Shown: positions 59,649 to 64,000 of the stretch, in pieces
How the letters are laid out: each line of letters starts with the position of its first letter
Position numbering within the stretch: position 1 is the first letter of the stretch
Origin: Bacillota bacterium
GTDB lineage: Bacteria > Bacillota > Ch66 > Ch109
Direction of reading: 5' to 3'
Assembly: GCA_050952625.1 (NCBI GenBank)
Contig: JBMNLH010000001.1
Coordinates: 1,472,001 to 1,536,000 of the forward strand
Length of the DNA: 64,000 nt
The notes under the pieces: model-generated
What the model was told of the DNA's origin: nothing
Seen by the model: the letters and a program-made list of their open reading frames with translations, nothing else
Database searches by the model: none
Position numbers and translations under genes: made by a program

Positions 59649-60518
59649 CTTTATTACCGGTAACAGCAAATCAGGAAGCTCCCAGAGCGATTTAATTCGC
59701 CACGTGCATTCAGGGAAGGGCGGTTGAAGGGAGTGACTATACCAAATCGTTTTCATCCCAGCTCCCCGAGCTCCACTGATATCGGATATCGGATTGTCCC
59801 CGATATGAACAGTTACCCCCGGCTCTAACCCCAACTGGGTCAAAGTGAGTTCAAAAATCTTCGGATTTGGTTTGGCCACGCCTACCTCGTTGGAAAAAGT
59901 CAGCACCTTGAAAAAATGGTCAATATTTTCGCGTTTTAACAACTGCCGTAATACCTGGCCGGGTGAAGTGCCTGTATTACAGATCAGGCCAATTTTTAGG
60001 CGCGGGCTTAGAGCCGTTAAAGCTTCTCTAACCCCGTCAATCAGCGGTGGAGCTTCCTCCAGAAACATGGCCATATAAGCCGGTTCAACGGCCCGATAAA
60101 TCGCCTCGGTTTGCGGTACTCCTATCCGGGAGAGCAGCTCTAGGATCTGTTCTTCCGGCGTGAAATCAAGTCCCTCCTGCAGCTGGAGATCCAGGGTATA
60201 CTGCCTAATCGCCTGCAGTTCATGCGCTATTGTCTCTTCCGGGATAACCCAGCCAGCCTGTTTCAGACTCTGCATGACCCGGGAAACCCGTTTTGTCTCA
60301 AAAATTGGAAATTGGTCCCCCAAATAAAACAAAGTATCCCAAAAATCAAAGGTTATTCCCTGCAAAGCTGGCTTATTACCAACAAATTCCTGTTTTCTGC
60401 AATTCATAAAACTCACAACCTTAACTTTATCTTGATGGGACATAGGGACATATTTACCATCCCGGTTTAGATTACTAACCGCATGCCTGTTAGGCACAAC
60501 CACGGATGAAAATAACAC
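59643..60518 (-). CDS. HAD-superfamily hydrolase (true start probably downstream of 60518)
   Basis: ITFDFWDTL, LICNT, SNEVGVAKPNPKIF, HIGDNPISDISGA. Confidence 0.9.
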   Translation of the reverse strand: MLFSSVVVPNRHAVSNLNRDGKYVPMSHQDKVKVVSFMNCRKQEFVGNKPALQGITFDFWDTLFYLGDQFPIFETKRVSRVMQSLKQAGWVIPEETIAHELQAIRQYTLDLQLQEGLDFTPEEQILELLSRIGVPQTEAIYRAVEPAYMAMFLEEAPPLIDGVREALTALSPRLKIGLICNTGTSPGQVLRQLLKRENIDHFFKVLTFSNEVGVAKPNPKIFELTLTQLGLEPGVTVHIGDNPISDISGARGAGMKTIWYSHSLQPPFPECTWRIKSLWELPDLLLPVIKY

Positions 60519-60741
60519 AAACTGCGAGAGAAACGTGTTATTTTCTGACTAACCGCCCATTCCCTAAGGTCACAAACTAAATGTTAAAAAATATAGTAAA
60601 GCTTCCCGTCCTAGAAATAATCTAGTATTATTTAACGGTGAAGACTAAAACTTGTTTCCAAAACACAGGCTATTCTCTAAGTTCGCTAACCAGGTATTGT
60701 TTTGGATGGAATTTAGTATTGTTACGGAGGGCACGATCAGG

Positions 60742-61611
60742 ATGATTGACCAAGACTACCCGTCGATTAATTCTACATTGGAATCTAAGCAACATACCAA
60801 TCAGGTTCCAGCAAAAGATGACTGCCAACTAAGCCTGGCTTATTTACGCTGGATCCTGTCCCGAGTTCGCCGGGCAATCAAAGACTTTAGCCTAATTGAA
60901 CCCAATGATCGCATTGCCGTGGGAATTTCTGGGGGCAAGGACAGTATCGCCCTTCTTCACCTGCTGGCTCGCTTACGATCATATCGTGGGTTTAATTTTG
61001 AGCTAATCCCAATCCATTTGTCCCTTGGCTGGGAAGGTCTAGGGCTAATGGGGCCTGAGCTTCCCCCCCTGCAACAGTACTGCGCTAATCTAAACCTACC
61101 CCTCTATATTGAAAAAACTCAAATAGCGGAAATAGTTTTTGTCGCCAGACAGGAGTCTAACCCCTGTTCGCTGTGTGCCAAGATGCGACGCGGGGCTTTA
61201 CACAACACAGCCTTAGCCCTGGGCTGCAACAAGGTTGCCCTGGGACATCATGCTGACGATGTAGTTGAGACTCTCTTTCTTAATCTCTTCTACACTGGGA
61301 AGCTGGGCACCTTCTCGCCGCGGACGTATCTTAGCAAAAAAAATCTGGTTCTGATCCGGCCGATGGTGTATCTACCGGAGCGAGCCCTCCAATCTTTAAC
61401 CAGAAGCCTAAATCTCCCTATCATTGTAAACCCCTGTCCGGCCAGCGGCCAAACCAAAAGGCAGGAAATGAAAAAGATTGTCAACTTCCTGGAATCACGT
61501 TATCCGGATGTTCGGGAGAAAGTCCTCACAGCCTTGGGCAACCGCGACTTGGACGAACAGTGGTTGCGGTCCGGCAGGGGAGGGAGGAGGATTGATTCTT
61601 CTGCTGATTAA
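60742..61611 (+). CDS. ttcA: tRNA 2-thiocytidine biosynthesis protein TtcA family
   Basis: SGGKDS, PCSLCAKMRRGAL, ALGHHADD, LIRPM, NPCP. Confidence 0.88.
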   Translation: MIDQDYPSINSTLESKQHTNQVPAKDDCQLSLAYLRWILSRVRRAIKDFSLIEPNDRIAVGISGGKDSIALLHLLARLRSYRGFNFELIPIHLSLGWEGLGLMGPELPPLQQYCANLNLPLYIEKTQIAEIVFVARQESNPCSLCAKMRRGALHNTALALGCNKVALGHHADDVVETLFLNLFYTGKLGTFSPRTYLSKKNLVLIRPMVYLPERALQSLTRSLNLPIIVNPCPASGQTKRQEMKKIVNFLESRYPDVREKVLTALGNRDLDEQWLRSGRGGRRIDSSAD

Positions 61612-61744
61612 TTCTCATGGCTGATTTTATTTTCATGTGATTGATTTTCATGTGATTGATTTTCATGCTGGTTGACGCAATGAGTACGATGACACTGATG
61701 ATGGCCCTGATGGTTGCTGTTATCAGGATGAAATAGTGAAGCAG

Positions 61745-62599
61745 CTAGAGTATGGCCGAATTAAGCGATGTTAATAAATAAACCAGTAGCACAGCAGTTC
61801 CTCCTCCAATGAGAGAGCTCAACAGATTGACCAGATCATTATTGACCCACGGCCAACCCCGGGTCGGTCGAGACAACTTATGGCAGTGTTCGGTTTTCTC
61901 CGTCACTTTACCGCAAACCTGGCACTGGTACTGAATTTGCACTGTTGCCCCCAAAAAACTGTCCGCGAAACAACCAACCAATCCACTGACTAAACTGACC
62001 AGGATCACACTACTCATGGGTAATATGGGGGTAGTTAATAACTGTCCTACTTCAGCTACCATACCGGTCAAAGCAGCCCCGGCCGCCGCCGCCGCTGTCC
62101 CGGCTAAAGATACCCCGCCAGAAGTACCAGGAGCGACCCTTCGTCCAGTTAAAACCGACCGAGTGCCTCCGCGACTAAGGACTCCCAATTCAGTTGCCCA
62201 AGTATCAGCGTTGACAGTGGCCATAGTTCCGATAAACAGCGCGAAGAAATGAGGGTCAGGCCCCAGCAGCGAATTTATTAATGCCACCAGCGCGCCAGCT
62301 CCGCCATTAGCTAATACCTGTCCCAGATCTCGCCGGCCGGTTTTGGCAAAATCCTGCTCAACTCCCTGTTTATCCCGGCGTCGATAGCCGGACAGGACAC
62401 TGGCAGACAGAAAAAAAGCGGCCAGAATCGCCAACCAGACCCATCCCCCAAAGCCCGTAATCACTGTTCCCACGAGCAATGCTCCGACCAAGCCGCTAGC
62501 AGAAAGGGCCTGTTTATAATATCCCGCCAGAGCCCCAAGCAAGCTCACCAGGAATCCCCAAATTAACACCCGGGCGATCTCCCTTCTTAAAATAATCAC
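61745..62599 (-). CDS. DUF92 (TMEM19-like) membrane protein
   Basis: RDLGQVLANGG, ADTWATELG, PGTSGGVS..G, DSFLGATVQ, C..CG, NDLVN. Confidence 0.9.
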   Translation of the reverse strand: MIILRREIARVLIWGFLVSLLGALAGYYKQALSASGLVGALLVGTVITGFGGWVWLAILAAFFLSASVLSGYRRRDKQGVEQDFAKTGRRDLGQVLANGGAGALVALINSLLGPDPHFFALFIGTMATVNADTWATELGVLSRGGTRSVLTGRRVAPGTSGGVSLAGTAAAAAGAALTGMVAEVGQLLTTPILPMSSVILVSLVSGLVGCFADSFLGATVQIQYQCQVCGKVTEKTEHCHKLSRPTRGWPWVNNDLVNLLSSLIGGGTAVLLVYLLTSLNSAIL

Positions 62600-62753
62600 T
62601 CTTAGTATTTTAGCATATCCTCGATGATGTCTGTCTTATCGACCAAAAATGAACTAGCTTTATAAACTAAAAAACCATGCATAAATAGATGGCAAATGCT
62701 AAAACTTAACATTGAAAAGATATAGTTTACTACACCAAAAGGAGGTGCGATTT

Positions 62754-62951
62754 TTGAATCAACTGACCAATCGTGAGCTCTTACTTCTGGAAGAAAACTT
62801 AAAAATGGAAGCTAGTATGGCTACTTTTGCCCAGAGCTGTGTACACCTGGTTTCTGACCCCCAGCTACGGGCACTGTGCCAGAGAATTGCCCAGGACCAC
62901 CATAACGACTATCAGGGATTATCCCGCTATATTAATATGCGAAATATGTAA
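62754..62951 (+). CDS. Small spore coat (CotF-like) protein
   Basis: LTNRELLLLEE...E......A....DPQLR.LC...A..H; AAGGAGGTG RBS with TTG 62754. Confidence 0.75.
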   Translation: MNQLTNRELLLLEENLKMEASMATFAQSCVHLVSDPQLRALCQRIAQDHHNDYQGLSRYINMRNM

Positions 62952-62970
62952 ATAAAGGAGGTGTGTATCC

Positions 62971-63438
62971 ATGGCCCAGCATATGAATCCAAACTATTCA
63001 GCCATGGCGACCACTGGTGCGGTAGGAACCACCGGAACTACGATAAGTAGTGCCGGCGGTATAGGCTTGACAGACCGAGACTTGTTCCAAATCATGCTAA
63101 ATGAACACAAACTCATGACGATGTCGATGACTACCACAATTCTGGAAGCGGTTAATCCCCAGTTGCGCCAAGATTGTATAAATGTTCTCAATAAAAACTT
63201 TGATCATCAAAGGATGATTTGGGAAGCGATGCACCAACGGGGCTGGTACCAGGTCCAAATGGCGACCCCTCAGGAAATGCAGCGGATGCAGCAGCAACTA
63301 AGCCAGCAAACCTATCCGCAACAACAACCGTATAATCAACAGCAAACACATACGCAGCAGACGTTTCACCAACAACCTTACATGCAGCATTCATATACGC
63401 AACAACCCTATTCTCAATCGTTTACGCAACGCTCATAA
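62971..63438 (+). CDS. CotF-like spore coat protein with Gln-rich repeat tail
   Basis: LTDRD...ML..HK, LEA.NPQLRQ, IW..M.QRGWY; QQxYx repeats. Confidence 0.82.
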   Translation: MAQHMNPNYSAMATTGAVGTTGTTISSAGGIGLTDRDLFQIMLNEHKLMTMSMTTTILEAVNPQLRQDCINVLNKNFDHQRMIWEAMHQRGWYQVQMATPQEMQRMQQQLSQQTYPQQQPYNQQQTHTQQTFHQQPYMQHSYTQQPYSQSFTQRS

Positions 63439-63462
63439 ATAAAGAACAGACCAAAAAGGCCA

Positions 63463-63491
63463 TAAAGTCCTGGTTGCTAACCAGGACTTTA
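63463..63491 (+). terminator. Intrinsic terminator after coat genes
   Basis: aaagtcctggtt-gct-aaccaggacttt perfect stem. Confidence 0.8.
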
Positions 63492-63666
63492 ATACTTGAC
63501 TATTCCCTTCACGCTAAAATCAACTTCGCATGTATTGACTTGGTTAACAGTCCTACCTGGAAACAATAATCAAAGATTTAAACCGCTAATTGCTAACCTT
63601 CAAGGAGTTAAATGAGAAGGAAGCAAAAAACCGTACCCCTTGTTTTCTTCAAATCCAGCAGCTGAA

Positions 63667-64000
63667 ATGGAGGGAAAAGATATTAGACATCATCTATTAT
63701 CTTTACTAATAAAATATTTCCTTATCGCGCTTACCTTAGCCCTTTTGCTGCCTCCTTTTGGAAATTATAGTGTTGGGATGACCTTTATCATTGCCGTACC
63801 CATAACTCTAGTCCTGTATAGCCTCAGCGACCTGATGGTGCTGCCTCTTGCCGGTAACCGAAACACAAGCATTCTAAATACTTTTCTGGCTAGCCTAATA
63901 ATCTGGGCAAGTCTTTATGTTCTGCCGGACTTTACTCTTTCCTGGTTTGGCATCCTGATCAGTTCACTGGCGGTGGGGATTAATGAATGGTTCTTCCACC
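63667..64000 (+). CDS. YndM/DUF2512-like membrane protein, 3'-truncated by window edge
   Basis: Manual translation: HLLSLLIKY...YSLSDLMVLP..GN...GINEWFFH, open to end. Confidence 0.75.
   Translation, partial: MEGKDIRHHLLSLLIKYFLIALTLALLLPPFGNYSVGMTFIIAVPITLVLYSLSDLMVLPLAGNRNTSILNTFLASLIIWASLYVLPDFTLSWFGILISSLAVGINEWFFH

Noticed and set aside
541-63394. Many antisense or alternate-frame ORFs in the track (e.g. 541-1101, 6491-6880, 28430-28894, 35440-35967, 44693-45124)
   Set aside because: They overlap well-supported genes and have no recognisable motifs; shadow ORFs.

Overview
64 kb of chromosome from a moderately GC-rich, spore-forming, probably anaerobic Bacillota (Clostridia-like). The taxonomic guess rests on dnaE-mtrB-pfkA-pyk synteny, addAB, and SpoIID/CotF-like genes. 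The housekeeping backbone comprises gcvPA/PB-lpdA-lplA, pyk, pfkA, mtrB, dnaE, cysK, larE, addAB, tRNA-Pro(CGG), aroA, an ECF sigma module, trmL, ttcA and spore genes. An accessory zone at about 13.4-32 kb holds: a DUF4258/DUF2283 TA pair; a 7-gene operon (rhodanese lipoprotein, flippase-like protein, C-GCAxxG-C-C protein, the TIGR04283/TIGR04282-type glycosyltransferase pair, a BioB-like radical SAM enzyme, TVP38); and cadC-cadA, an interrupted Rpn-like gene and copA bracketed by two copies of a 119-bp repeat. Top leads: (1) the glycosyltransferase/radical SAM/rhodanese operon, a possible undescribed S/Se/As-sugar pathway lacking ArsS/ArsM; (2) two homologous unannotated type I toxin-antitoxin-like loci (29.0-29.4 kb and 42.6-42.9 kb) with covarying antisense hairpins; (3) a split TamH/PigE-like reductase plus aminotransferase pair; (4) a 37-bp insert with a 27-bp target duplication in the Rpn gene, whose C-terminus has its own RBS. 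All family calls come from motif recognition by eye; no database search was run.
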